Positions 13,030 through 26,386 are shown, counted from the first letter of the stretch. The stretch: 64,000 bases of DNA from Mobula hypostoma (GCF_963921235.1 NC_086101.1:6140001-6204000), one strand, 5' to 3'. The notes: generated from the sequence alone by a model not told the origin. Translations and numbers: made by a program.

Positions 13030-14760
13030 CAGATGATACAAAGGTTGGTGGAGGGGCAGGTAATTTTGAGAAACCAGGAAGGCTGCAGAAGCATTTGGAC
13101 TGATTAGGAGAATGGGCAAGAAAGTGGCAAATGAAATACAAAGTCATGCACTTTGGTAAAAGAAATAAATGTACAGTGTTACATAACCGGCAACAATGAA
13201 TATTAATCGAGACAGGGTTTATAAAAACAACCGAACATTTATTAAACACGTATAAACGATAAGGAGAAAAAAACAAAGGAAAACTTTGACCGGAGGTTAA
13301 ACAGGTACGCAGCCATTCATCAACTCCACTCAGCTCTGGTTCTTAAAGTGTTAAATGCGAAAACAGTTCTTAAAGCAATACAGTCGGATATAGTTCTTAA
13401 AGCGATAACTTCGAAAGTCCAACAGTTTTACATATTCAATCCGGAGAGACTTCTCTGGAGAAGGATTTCATCACCGACGCACCTTTACTGCTGGTTCTGT
13501 CCACAGGATTCCCGATGCCGAAAATAAACAGTTTAAATCAACTGACCTTAAATTCCTTTTAGAGAGAGAGAGCGTTTGTGCATGAACTCATTGCGCTTTT
13601 ACAAGAGTTATCTCAACGAAGACTCAATAAGGTCGATTCTTTATTAAACTGCCAACCGATGCCGACTTCTCTCGATCCTTCACTCTCCCTTTAAAACTGT
13701 CAGAATTGAGTAAATTGGCACTTCCAGCCACAAACTTCCAGTCCAAGTAATATGGAATCTTTCAACAGAATGTACAACCGTTTTAAAACTGAAACTGCAT
13801 CACAAAAACAAACCTGCAACAGAAACGGAGGCACAACACGTTCTACCTGGAAATCTACAAACTCAAAATCCCCCTGCGTCACCTGGGTCGACCCTTATAT
13901 AGTCACGGGGGCACCTGTCATCACGTGACCTCACAACGGTGGGAAAATCACATCAGGTGACCTCCAAAAGACCATTACAGCATTCTAAAAAAAACAGATC
14001 TCCTTGAGCATGTAACAACAGACTATTTTCTTAACAGGACCAAAAATCTGAGATGCAAAGGGACTTGGGAGTCCTTGTGCAGAACACCCTAAAGGTTGAG
14101 TTGGTGTTAGCTTTCATTTTAAGAGCTGTAGAATAAAGAGCAGGTATGTAATGCTGAGGCTCTATAAGGCAGTGGCAAGGCCTCACCTTGAGTACTGTGA
14201 ACAGTTTTGGGCTCCTTATCGAAGAAAAAATGTTCAGGGTTGTAAAGGGTTCAGAGGAGGTTCACAAGGATGATTCCGAGAATGAAAGGGTTATCATTAC
14301 AAGGAATGTTTGATGGCTCTGAGCCTGTACTCACTGAAATTTATATGGATGGGGAGGGGAGGGGGAAATCTCTTTGAAACCATTTGAATGTTGAAAGGAC
14401 TCGACAGAATAGATATGGAAAGGATATTGCCCATGGTGGGGGTCTAGGATAAGAGGGCATAACCTCAGGATAGAGGGGTGTCCATTTAAATTGGAGGTGC
14501 AGAGAAATTTCTTTAGCCCTAGAATGGTGTATTTGTGGAATTTGTTACCACAGGCTGTGAAGGCCAGGTCATTGGATGTATTTAAGGTGAAGATTGATAG
14601 GTTGTTGTTTGGCCATGGCATCAAATGTTACGGTGGAGGTTGGTGGGAAGGCCAGTAATAGAGCAGAGGAGGGGAGACAGGTATCAGCCAAGGTTGAATG
14701 GCAGAGCAGACTCAATGGGCAAAATGGCCTAATTCTGCTCCTATTCCTTATGGTCCTACT
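13030..14760 (+). mobile_element. Degenerate CR1 RT/3' end, split by a solo LTR
   Basis: ADTKVGG..., VMHFGKRNK, LYKAVARPHLEYCEQFW-like sequence and a CR1 3'UTR. Confidence 0.8.
13177..14017 (-). mobile_element. Solo LTR (841 bp)
   Basis: TGTTACA...TGTAACA termini; 4-bp TSD ACAG (13173-13176 / 14018-14021). TATA-like (~13893-13902) and AATAAA (~13239) read on the minus strand. Confidence 0.85.
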
Positions 14761-15067
14761 TCTGGCCATTACTTAGCTACTACTCATCCACTCATGCACA
14801 CTTGGTGTGACCAGTATTACGTTTTCATCTATGAGACACTTGGAGGAAACCAATGTGGTTCACATACCCACTATACACAGCGATGGACTTGACCTCTAAA
14901 CACGGTAATACCCCAAGCTGTAATAGCTAACAGCGACACTTGTGTGACATGTGCACACGTAGTAATAAATTTTCGCCGAACTTCTAAGTTTTCATTTAAC
15001 ATTGGTGCTGGTTACCTGAACATACAACCTACATTACAACTGTTATAGACTTTCCTATTTCTTCCAG

Positions 15068-15560
15068 CATGGACACAGAAACAGTGCATTGACAGCAGGA
15101 GATACCCAAGGATCTGAAGAGTGCGAGGCTGACCAGTTCCCAGTTCCTGAGAATGAGGAGGGTCTTGGGAATGTGTGTTGGTATCAGACAGATCTACGTC
15201 AGGGAAACATTACTGGGAGGCAGAAGTTGTGGAAATCACAAGTGGTCTCTGGGAACTTCTGGAGAAAAGACAAATAGAAAGGGCGACCTTACATTAAAAC
15301 CAATGACTAAATTCTGGACAGTTGGGCGAAATGAGAAAAAACTCCATGCAGACATTACCGATAAATTGGATATCCCTTATCACGAGTTTCCCAAGAAGAT
15401 TGGAGTTTATCTTTGCTGTGATACTTGGACAGTTTCATTTTACTTTGCAAACACAAAGTCTTTCCTCTACGCTTTCAATGAGAACTTCTCTGAGTAGCAC
15501 TGCCATTTCTTTCACACAACACATCACAAGCAATGGCTGAGAATCTGCTCCGTGCAGGAA
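15068..15560 (+). pseudogene. Decayed orphan PRY/SPRY (B30.2) exon
   Basis: Frameshifted SPRY motifs SGKHYWEAEV, KWSLG, FWTVG, PKKIGVYL..DTWTVSFYFANTKSFLYAF and QWLRICS; preceded by TTCCAG acceptor-like site. Confidence 0.8.
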
Positions 15561-16120
15561 TCAAAGCCCTCTAAACACTTGTAATTTAACCCAGCAGGTC
15601 TGTGCAATATGGATCAAATATGTAAATATGGAATTTCTTTGAACTACACACACAAAATATTGGAGGAACTCAGCAGATCAAGCACCATCTATGGAGAGGA
15701 ATAAACAGTTGATATTTTGGGCAGAACCCCAACATCACAACTGGAAAGGAAGGGGTAAAAGGGCAAAAGCCAGAATACGAAGGGAGGGTGAGGGCGAGAA
15801 TACAAGCTGGCAGGTGATGGATGAGATGAGGCGACCTCCCATCCCACCTGTGTTCCCATCCTGATGGCATGAACATTGATTTCTCTAACCTTCGGTAACT
15901 TCACCACAGACTGTGTCTGTGCCAGTGAGGCCACCTCTTATTCTTCTAATTATGAGACAGTCTCAGTCAGTGTAATCTCCCTGAGAACACTTCGTGAAGG
16001 ATAAAGTTTTAAAGTAAGAGGGTCAAAGTTGAACCGGAATGTTCAAGGCATGTTTTTGGACACAGTGAGTGGTGTGTTCCTGGAATGCGCGACCGGGATA
16101 GGGAGTGGCGGAAGCAGATT

Positions 16121-16729
16121 CCATAGAACCATAGAAACTACAGCACAGAAACAGGCCCTTTGGCCCTTCTTGGCTGTGCCGAACCATTTTTCTGCCTAGT
16201 CCCACTGACCTGCACATGGACCATATCCCTCCAAACACCTCCCATCCATGTATCCGTCCAATTTATTCTTAAATGTTAAAAAAGAACCCGCATTTACCAC
16301 CTCGTCTGGCAGCTCATTCCATACTCCCACCACTCTCTGTGTGAAGAAGCCCCCCCTAATGTTCCCTTTAAACTTTCCCCCCCTCACCCTTAACCCATGT
16401 CCTCTGGTTTTTTTCTCCCCTTGCCTCAGTGGAAAAAGCCTGCTTGCATTCACTCTATCTATACCCATCATAATTTTATATACCTCTATCAAATCTCCCC
16501 TCATTCTTCTACGCTCCAGGGAATAAAGTCCTAACCTATTCAACCCTTCTCTGTAACTGAGTTTCTCAAGTCCCGGCAACATCCTTGTAAACCTTCTCTG
16601 CACTCTTTCAACCTTATTTATATCCTTCCTGTAATTTGGTGACCAAAACTGAACACAATACTCCAGATTCGGCCTCACCAATGCCTTATACAACCTCATC
16701 ATAACATTCCAGCTCTTATACTCAATACT
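16121..16729 (-). mobile_element. Young 5'-truncated CR1 abutting TRIM-B exon 1
   Basis: ORF 16196-16741 is open (LYKALVRPNLEYCVQFWSP...FFTQRVVGVWNELP); (TTCTATGG)n tail at ~16121-16138. Confidence 0.9.
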
Positions 16730-17258
16730 TCGAGGAGGCAATTTGAGGCTGCCTGGATTTCTTCACTGATCCAGTGTCGCTGGACTGTGTTCACAACTTC
16801 TGCCGCTCCTGTATCACACGGTGTTGGGAAAGGGAGGAGAGAAACTCCTGCCCGGAATGTAGGGAGGAGATTGCAGACCGCACCCTCAGGGCCAATCGGG
16901 CCTTGGCAAACCTGTCTGAGAAAGCTCGAAAACTAAAACTGAACCGAAAAGGAAGAAAAGTAAACTTCACTGCGAGGAACATGAGGAACAACTGAAGCTG
17001 TTTTGTGAGACGGACGAGACACTGATCTGCCTGATCTGTAGAAATACGCGGGAACACAGAGACCACCGCTTCCTGCCGATTAAAGAAGCTGTTGCAGTCT
17101 ATAAGGTAAAAACAAGCTGATTTTGAACACCTGATGTGTTTTTCATTGGATATTTATTTTTTAACCCCTGGTGACTTTGACAATAAACTGTCCCGAATCG
17201 GCACTGCATCTTTATTGTCCACTGGTGGAGCCAGAGATTTTTTTCTTCCTGGTGCTAC

Positions 17259-17507
17259 GGTGTGGGCACGTGGCCAAGTGGTTAAGGCACTGGACTAGCG
17301 ACCTGACGGTCGTGAGTTCGAGCCCAGCCGAGGTAACTTAATCACAAATTGCTGTGTGAAGACACTGGTGCCAAGCTGTATGGGTCCTAATGCCCTTCCC
17401 TTGGACAACATTGGTGTCGAGGAGAGGGTTGGGCAACTGCTGGTCATCCATACAACCTGGAGAGTGAAGACTTTCCAGGCGCAGATCCATGGTCTGGCAA
17501 GACTAAC
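17259..17507 (+). mobile_element. tRNA-derived SINE
   Basis: Head GGGCACGTGGCCAAGTGGTTAAGGCA...GAGTTCGAGCCC (A and B boxes); TSD GGTGCTAC (17251-17258 / 17508-17515); absent from the TRIM-A copy. Confidence 0.8.
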
Positions 17508-18865
17508 GGTGCTACAGTGGGGCAGAATTATTCAGTGATGGTGCTGAGGGATGTACCCGATGGTAATATGTATTCGCAAGGCCAGACGTGTGGCATTCAA
17601 AAGTCAGTTTTAAGCATTTTGTGCCTACTATAAATGCCTCTGTTGATTCACAAGCAACAGCAATTGATATCTATAATACAGAAGTGAACTTTGACAGTGT
17701 CAATAGTATCGGGGACAACCCGGGCTACACAGGGCATAAACAAACAAACCAACAGAGCATCCGACCCACAGCGCACAATGTGAATCACACACCAATCCCA
17801 CAATCAGTGTCAAATTCATGCTTTTCTAAGACAACACTAACCCACAATGTCCACTGCTATTCACATTACACAAACAGACAATGCCAAAAGATACACCGTT
17901 ATTAAAGTCAAATAAGGCAAACAACAGATGCAAGGCTTTACCAGGAGTTGGACAAATCGTACTCTGACCATGCAATACCTCAATTAATCTGGTCACTGAA
18001 TTTAAAAGAACCATCAAGAGAATCACTGTTTGGAAGTCTAAGCAAAACCAGTAGGCTTAATAGCAGTAAATGTAATATTTTAGGATTTGCGGAAAACATA
18101 AGGACTATGGGGTATCCACCACTAAATAATAATAATAATCAGCATTAGTCTCGGCCCAAATTTAAAAAAAGAATCAACTGCATTCACCATTGATGTTTTC
18201 AGAGAAGCACAATCTGTCTGTTGTCGTGATTGGTGGCGAAAGCATCAGTAATTTTCTGGATGTCAAGTGCCTGGTCCTCCGGCTGTCTATGGCCAACAGG
18301 GCCAAGTTGCTGTTCCGAGCATCGCCGCTGCTATTCTTTAGGTAGTTTCTGGGGTGTCTGAGGCAAGGGAAACTCCGTTTGCATGAGGCAGATGTCACAG
18401 GTAGAGTCAGTGATATGCAGATTAGTTTGTATAAATCTATTAATGCATCGCGGTAGGGTCTCATTAGAACTAGAAATTCCACTGTGTCATTCATTGTCTG
18501 TCCTTGCTTTTGTTTTGTTTCCAGCAGACGCCGAACCCGATGTAGCTCTGCAGTCGGGTTCACTTCAGTCACTCCGTAGTATTAGGCCACTGGCCAAAGA
18601 CAATTGTTGTCTAGGAAGAGCTTGTGTTTGGGACTCAATGCTGAGAATCCAGTCAGAACACCCCCTATCTCAATTGAGAACCGTCTTTTCATTTCAGTCA
18701 GAAGTCTGTCTGTAACCGGATAGAAACAGTGCTTGCGAAGGTCATCAGAGGATGTGACAGGTGTACGTTCAGTTTGGGCCTCAACAGCAAAATCAAGTAG
18801 GAAGTAGGGTGGCTGGGCCTGTCTCCTTTCATGTGGTCTGCTCTGTATACCGGCCTTGACGCACA

Positions 18866-19520
18866 GGTCACTGCAGGTACAGCAGGCAGTGAAGAAAGCT
18901 AATGGCATATTGGCCTTCATAACAAGGGGAGTTGAGTATAGGAGCAAAGAGGTCCTTCTGAAGTTGTACAGGGCCCTGGTGAGACCACACCTGGAGTATG
19001 GTGTGCAGTTTTGGTCTCCAAATTTGAGGAAGGACATTCTTGCTATTGAGGGAGTGCGACATAGGTTCACGAGGTTAATTCCCAGGGTGGCGGGACTGTC
19101 AGATGTTGAAAGATTGGATACACTGGAATTTAGAAGGACGAGAGGGGATCTGATTGAAACATACAAGATTTTTAAGGGATTGGACACGCTAGAGGCAGGA
19201 AACATGTTCCCAATGTTGGGGGAGTCCAGAACCAGAGGCCACAATTTAAGAATAAGGGTAGGCCATTTAGAACGGAGTTGAGGAAAAACTTTTTCACCCA
19301 GAGAGTTGTGGATCTGTGGAATGCTCTGCCTCCGAAGGCAGTGGAGGCCAATTCTCGGGATGCTTCCAAGAAAGAGTTAGATAGAGCTCTTAAAGTCAAG
19401 GGATATGAGGAGAAGGCAGGAACGGGGTACTGATTGTGGATGATCAGCCATGATCACAGTGAATGGCAGTGCTGGCTCAAAGGGCCGAATGGCCTACTCC
19501 TGCACCTATTGTCTATTGTC
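18866..19520 (+). mobile_element. CR1 3' fragment, paralogous to 656-1329
   Basis: ORF 18856-19281 with CR1 C-terminal motifs; same junctions as the copy in TRIM-A. Confidence 0.9.
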
Positions 19521-21534
19521 CCTAGCTCTTGTCTGAATTTCACTCCATGATTCCTCTCCCCGTTTTGCTGAGAGTGCATCGATAACAGACTGAGCCAAGT
19601 CCACAGCGGATGAAAGCTCCAAACTGAGAGATTGTAGCTGGTCTGATATGAACTTGGTGACTCGGAATAAATCCTCAAACAGAGTGAGAAGTAAAGCAAA
19701 CTGCTCGCCAATCAGTCCATTTACAGCTCTGACCTCCGTTTTCTTCCATGCATTTGGTTGACCCATAATATCCTGTAGTGTAGCTAGAATGGCAGGGAGT
19801 GATTTCCCTGTAGCCCACAAGCTGTATACTGCCATGCCCAGCATGTATCTGACAATTTCTTCAACTCCACAGGCTGTGCAGTTGATTCCAGTTTTCTCTG
19901 TTTCTTCATGAAAGGATCGTGGGCAACAGAGTTTGAAAAGAAGTTGTAAAGCAGCTGCACAGTTTCAAAAAACTCACCCGCTTGTTGTACATTGCTCACA
20001 ACATCCACTAAAACAAGGTTAAGTCTGTGAGCATGGCAGTGTGTATATAATGCCTGTGGGACCGCTTTCCTGAACCTCTCTTGCACCGCTTTATTGCACC
20101 CGGGCATCACTGCCACCCCGTTATAACACTGACCTATACACACGTTCGTATCAATAACACACTGGGCGAGTGTCTGTTCAATGCTTTTAAGAAGCGACTC
20201 TGCGTCCAACCCTTCTGCTGGAGTGAAGTGCAAGAATTCTTCAAGCACTGTTTCATTATTCAAAAACCACACCACCACTGATACTTGCTCCTTTTTACTC
20301 AAGTCTTTACTTTCACCCACCATGATGGCAAAATGTCCAGCCTCCTTGATTTCTGCACTTATTTGACGTCTGACCATATCTGCCTTAATACCCATAATTT
20401 CATTTGGATATCATGATGGGTGTTTTTTGCATTTCCAGGATTGTCCTCTATTTTTTTAGCTACAGTCTTATCAAACTGTCCATTACACTGAGCAACTCAA
20501 TAAAGTTTCCCCTATCGCCAGATCCATCATCCTCCTGGTGTTCTCGCTGGGCAATGCCTTGGCACGCGGTATAGCATAGAGACTCAACGTCTGCTCTCAT
20601 ATACTCACGATTTTCTTGGACAATCTTTGCATGTCCTTTACCAAGCATATTTCCCAATCTTGAACCGTCTTGCTTTCTCAATCTGAATTCGGCCCATGCC
20701 TCCATAGCAAACTTATGAGCTGCACTTACATGGTGGGTTTTGAAAGCTGTTGTAGCTTTCCGCCAACTGCGGTAACTGGTGACAGTGAAGCTCAGAATGG
20801 AACCCATGTCCTCCACACAGGAAATGCCTGTATGCGAAGCAGAATGTAGTATCTTTCGTGATCGAATATTCCAGCCAGGAGTACAGGTCAAACCAGCCGC
20901 GAATAAAACTCCTATGCTGATTGCCGAACTGTTGCTAGCAGCGAAGCGTACTTTTTCAATGCTAGCCGACCGGGTTCTTCCTCAGGCTGCTGGCTAACAT
21001 CGCTGACAGTATTCCCACTCGCACTAAGAGCAGCTTCATCCACGTTCTCTTCTGAATCCCGCTCCATTTCTTGTTCCTTTACTTCGCCCTCACACTCCTT
21101 CGATGAACTGCTGTCGTCCTCATCCCCACTTACTCCTTTCTGCATGTCACTTTCAATTACGACATGCTGAGGCTGAGACACCACTGATTCCTCTGGATGG
21201 GGTCGTTTTCTCACTAAAAAGCGATCCATTTTTCATGTCGCCAAAATAATGCACGTTCCAGGCCGATGCCAGCTTGTGAAAGCACAATGTGTGTGTGTGA
21301 CATCTGTTAGACGTGCGAGACCATGGATCTGCACCTGGATCCTGCACAATGTATGTATACTATCAATCTCTCGCATGAGTGAGAGTGAGTGACATCATCA
21401 CCTTAAGTGATCTTAGGTCAGCTTAACTGATCTGAGTGAGGACAGCAACGGCAAGACATTGACAACGAACGAATAAGCAGAAGTGTAGAGTGGATCTGAC
21501 CTTAGACCAGCACAGACTTTATAACTTTATTGCT

Positions 21535-22220
21535 GTTTCACTCGGGAGAAGATGGCGGCACGACGACAGCGCTCACGGCCTCTCCGGTGATGAATATCTG
21601 TTATCTGTCAAGTAGGGGGCCGTGCACAATCCTGATTTGATGGGAGACAGACGTGAGTGCATAGCGGAACATCTGGAAAACTTCTGAAATACCTGCTTTG
21701 CTACCGCTGCTACTGTGTGGTAACCGGAATCTCCGGAGCGGAAGGCCCCGAAATCCTCGGCTTTGTGTGTTTCAGCGGCCGGGGAGAAGTCAAAGGCGCT
21801 CTGCAGAGGATGGCACTCCGGAGGCTGTATCGGAGAGGTTGCTCGGAAGCTCGGAGTTTTCGGACAGATGGACTCAGGGTTGGCTGGGGTCGGCTGCTTC
21901 CAAGGTATCGGCAAGTTGATGGTGTCTGGAGGTTTATGGCAGGGAGTTTCTCCCTTTTGCCGCCTGCTATCGGGGACTCGGGAGTCGATCAACTCGGAAC
22001 TTTGAGTCTATATTTTTACTGTGCCTGTGGACTGTTCTTCATCAAATTATGGTATTGTTTTGCACTGCTGTAACTATATGGTATAATTATGTGGTTTTGT
22101 CAGTGTTAGTCTTTGGTCTGTCTTGTTTTCTGTGGTATCACGCTGGAGAAACATTGTATTATTTCTTAATGCATGTATGCATTTCTTAATGCAAAAGAGG
22201 ACTGAGTGTTCTCATAATCC
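21535..22220 (+). mobile_element. Non-coding interspersed repeat nested in the hAT (unclassified retroposon-like)
   Basis: GC-rich head AAGATGGCGGC and AT-rich LINE-like tail; composition breaks from the hAT sequence. Confidence 0.5.
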
Positions 22221-25200
22221 AGACCAACTGAAGAAACAAGCTGTATTCAAAACTATACAGAGAAAGCAGCTGCAATTTGTATGTCAAATTTCAGTTAATT
22301 TCTTGGTGGTGCTATTGTAATTTCTGCTGGTGCTATAGCACCAGCTCGCACCACCTCAGCGCCGCCACTGTTATTGTCTGATTCCTTCACTCTCTGCTTC
22401 CCAGGACCGGGTTAAATCTGCATTCGAATCACTCACAGAAAAGAAATCCGACTTCGAGGAAATGGAGCGGCAACAGAAAGAGAAGATTTCCGGAGTACGG
22501 ATGAGGATTTCCTGGGCAGAATTTCCAATATTGTTGTGTAGTTTTGTTCCCTTTAATGCAGAATAGCAGGGTAATGCAGCTCCAGTGGCCTGGGTTCGAT
22601 CCTGACCTCTGCTGCTGTCTGCGTAGAGTTTGCATGTTCTACTTGAGAATATGGTGGGCCAACAATGCCAAGAAATCCAGAATGAATGTTTAATTTGCTA
22701 CTGCAATTAACCCTGTGAAGGTGGGTGGTCTGTGAATCAGGTGGGAACTGAAGGATCAGTGTGGAAGAATGGGTTTCAAGGAAAGTGAGGGAATGGGATT
22801 GAAGCTCTGAGAAACAGCATAAAATCATTGGGCTGAATGGTCACCTTCCATGTCATAAACAAGTACTTTACAGCCAAATAATAAACTAGTCTCTCCTTTC
22901 GTTTGTCAGGAACAGTCACACAGTATTCAGTCCCACATCACATCCCAGTTTGATGAACTGTGCCAGATTCTCACTGAGAAAGAGCAGCGCTTACTCAGAG
23001 ATCTCAGGGAAGAGGTGGAGAGGGTTCTGAATCCAATGAAGAACAATCTTCGAGAGATTCAAGAGAATTTAAATTCTATCCAGAAGGAAATCTCCAAGTT
23101 ACAGGAACAGATGGATCAACATCAGATGGATCTTGTTCCTCAAGGTGAGAGATCTCAGTTAAGTTCTGTAAAAGTGCACAGTGTTAAATGATGTATTTAA
23201 AATCAAAGTGGTATTTACAAATACTGTAGTTGTAATCTGATTTTTATTATAATTGTAAATTGATTTAAACCTGACATGCTTTGACTGTTCAGGGCTGTTG
23301 TCCCCAAACTGGCCTCCCACAACATCTGTACGTCACAGGACAGTCTGCAACCTTCTCGGGAGTGAGTTACTCTGATCAGAGCACTGAGCTGGTGATCGTT
23401 TCTGCGATTCCCACAAATAATATCCCCGATACTCAGAGTAACATCCAGCTACTGTGAGTGTGTCTGGTGCGGTGGGTGTGAGGGTCTCTCTGTTAATCAG
23501 TGGGAACTGAGATTGAATTGCAGAATGTGACCCACACGTCAGATTTACCATCAAGATAGGTTTGTATCAGATTTGTTGTTTTAGAAAAAATTGCACTATC
23601 TGTTTTCCTTTACAGATATATTCTTCATTGGATTATATCCCATTTTACATCACAGTCAGGTCTTTCAGTCCAGTCCCTCCTAACAATTTCCCTGTTTCAC
23701 AAGCCTCCTCCCACCGACTCACCACACCCAGCAACAGTGACCCCAACTCCATGGTCCCTCCTGTGTTTATCCAGCTTCCCCATTACATTCAATCTCTGCT
23801 GTTGCACGTTAACCACTCTTGTGACAGTGAGTTCCACGCGCTCTTCACTACATTTCCAGCAGAGATACGCTCTCCACCCACACCCAATCCAATCCACCAC
23901 AAATACTAAATTCCATTATCTGATCCTCCCCAACATCATACCAGATAAAAATGCACAGCCTGCCCAGTCTTTCCCATCAGTTCCATCCTGTCAGTTATGG
24001 GATAATTTTCATAAACATTCCTTGAACTTTCTCCCAGATTCTGTGTCCCTTGTTGCTCTGTTCTGTTTCTCCGTGTGTGTCAGTGACAGTGAGCTGGGAA
24101 ATGGGAATTTTCAGCAGCTTGTAATAACCTGGGCCAAATTCCTGCTGTTGGGATGCAGTCAGTCAACTGTTATCTGTGTTTTATTTATTTCAGGAGGAAA
24201 TTCATCGCAAGAGGAGGTAGGACATGGTCTTTACTGAAACACGGTGTGGATTTGTGAAATAGTTCAAATATCACTGGTGTTCAGTTTATAACCAGCTGTG
24301 TAATATTTACAGGATTAGTGAAGATGAACAACTGCTGTCAGTGACACATGGCACCCTACCTGTTGAAAAATTCGATCACCCCTTTTTGCTGAACACCATG
24401 TTGAGAGATATGTTTGATACAATTAAGCGAGGTAAACAATTACAGTTTCCTTTCTCCTTGTTTGTGAACAATTTTACGTGATACTTACTTGCAAAGACTG
24501 TCTGTAACTCTGGGTGAAGGCATCACTGTCACATGGTCAGCCGGAGATGTCCGACCCCTGAACACACCAGCAAAGGGGCACGATACAACCAATACACAGG
24601 ACTGTTATATAATCCATTGAATCCTGAACCAATCCACACCGCACAAACACACCAAGATATCGCTGGGAAATAAAATCTGGCATCCGTTGGGTGATCAGTA
24701 TTGTCAGAAAAATACTCCCGAATCTTTCAGAGAAGGAAATCTGCACCATTCACCCTGTCTGACCTGTCCGTGACTGCAGACTCTGATTGACTCAGGTCTG
24801 CCCCTGCTGGACTCGCGAGTCTCACTATTATCAAACCCCCACATTGAAACATTGTCAGACTGAGTCCGGACACACCAACCACCATTGACCTCGGTCAAGA
24901 TTTCATCTCGGGAGAAGCTCAGACATCATAACCAGCCTGGCAAAGCTCCCTCACATACATACACAGAACTATTGGCAGATTATGGTCAAAGCCTCAATAA
25001 TGAGTCCAAGTGAGAGGAGGAAGTACCTCATGACCTGCCCATCTCTTCCCGCTATTTCCCCACCTCCTTCCATTTATTCCAAGGTCTATTGTCCTCTCCT
25101 GTCAGATACCTTCTTCTTTAGACTTTCGTCTCTTCCACCAATCCCATCTCAGTTTCTTATATCATTTCCTATCATCCCCGTCCCCCCTCCATCTGCCTTC

Positions 25201-25630
25201 TCCCTCATCTGGACTCACTGATCGCCCTTCAGCTTTGCCTCATCCCCCTCCCTCACCACCTTATTCTTCATCCTGTTGCCTTGCTTTCCAGTCTGGGTGA
25301 AGGGTCTCAGCCCAAAGTGTTCATTTCCCTCCGTAAACTTTTCGTGACTCAAGGTGGTCTGGCATTTTGTGTGTGTGTGTGTGTGGTTGGCAAGATTCCG
25401 GTTGTGAATGAACCCAGTGACTGAGACTCCAGAGCCACCAGGATAGAGAGTTCCAAAGATTCACACCCCTCTGCGCGAAGAAAGTTCTCCTCTTCTCAAT
25501 CCGAATTGACATGTTTCTTATTCTGAGTGTCTGAGCCCGGTCCTAGACTCTTCAGCGTAGGGAAACATTCTCCCTGCATCCAGCCCGTAGAGCCTTGTTA
25601 AAAATCTATAACTTTCCATGGAATTAATCT

Positions 25631-26189
25631 ACAGTGCCTATAAAAAGTCTCCAACCCCCTTGGAAGTGTTCATGCTTTATAGTTTTACCCCACTGAATTA
25701 AAGGAGAATTAATTTGGGGTTTTTGATACCGATTAACAGAATATAAGCCTCTTCATGTCAAAATGAAAACAAATCTCTACAAAGTGATTTCAATTAATTA
25801 CAAATATAAAACAGAAAATAATTGATTGCATAAGTATTCAAGTCAGTATTTAGTAGATGCACCTTTGGCAGCAATTACAGCCTTGAGTCTGTGTGGATAA
25901 GTATCTATCAGTTTTGCACATCTGAAACTGAAAATTTTCCCCATTCTTTACAAAACTGCTCGTGCTCTGTCAGACTGCATGGGGATAGTGAGTGAACAGC
26001 CCTTTTCGAGTCCAGCCACACATTGCCAATTGGATTGAGGTCTGGACTCTAACTTGGCCACTCCAGGACATTCACTTTGCTGTTTTTAAGCCATTCCTGT
26101 GAGCTTTTGCTTTATGCTTGGGGTCATTTTCTTGCTGGAAAACAAATCTTCTTTCAAGTCGCAGTTCTCTCACAGACTGCATCAATTCC
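25631..26189 (-). mobile_element. Tc1-like transposon, one end only
   Basis: TA|CAGTGCCTATAAAAAG terminus; minus strand encodes degenerate FQQENDPKH...WP.QSPDLNPI.N.W (DD34E C-terminal region). Confidence 0.75.
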
Positions 26190-26386
26190 TCAATTCCCCG
26201 TCACCTCCACCTCCCAGTAATGTCTCCCCGATGTGAATCCCTCCGATTCCCGCACACAACCCCAGTCTGTGAACCTCTTCCCGGTGTCAGGGAGATTCCA
26301 CTGGGTCCCGGTCCATCTCACACTCTTCCGATCCTCAGACAACTCGGGCCGCGGATGCGCCGTTTCCACATCCACAGTGACAGAGA
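26190..26386 (-). pseudogene. Truncated PRY exon fragment
   Basis: CCAG|TCTCTGTC acceptor; VSVTVDVETAHP...SEDRKSVRWTGTQWNLPDTGKRF...GFTSGRHYWEVEVTGN, then cut by Tc1 sequence. Confidence 0.88.

Larger units (their letters stand above)
17220..22370 (-). mobile_element. Both-ended ZMYM1-like hAT transposon (5.15 kb with nested inserts) in TRIM-B intron 1
   Basis: 8-bp TSD TTATTGTC (17212-17219 / 22371-22378); imperfect TIRs CACTGGTGGAGC / GCGCCGCCACTG. Frameshifted transposase ~21229 to 18174 with FAIMVGESKD.SKKEQ, YTHCHAHRLNLVLVD and LTLPVTSASCKRSF. Confidence 0.92.
16730..24431 (+). pseudogene. TRIM-B pseudogene; exons ~16730-17105, 22405-22500, 22910-23144, 24194-24216, 24313-24431
   Basis: Start codon lost; TGA in the first RING Cys (EEAI*GCLDFF); frameshift before the B-box; exon 2 donor is AT instead of GT (22501); exon 3 is 235 nt (frameshift). 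The 23-nt and 119-nt exons match TRIM-C. No plus-strand PRY/SPRY exon seen downstream. Confidence 0.88.

Noticed and set aside
17262..17335. tRNA gene
   Set aside because: Acceptor stem is not closed, and the head continues into a ~180-nt body flanked by a TSD, so it is a SINE head.
18174..21229. Host ZMYM1 gene
   Set aside because: Multiple frameshifts, intronless, bounded by TIRs and an 8-bp TSD.
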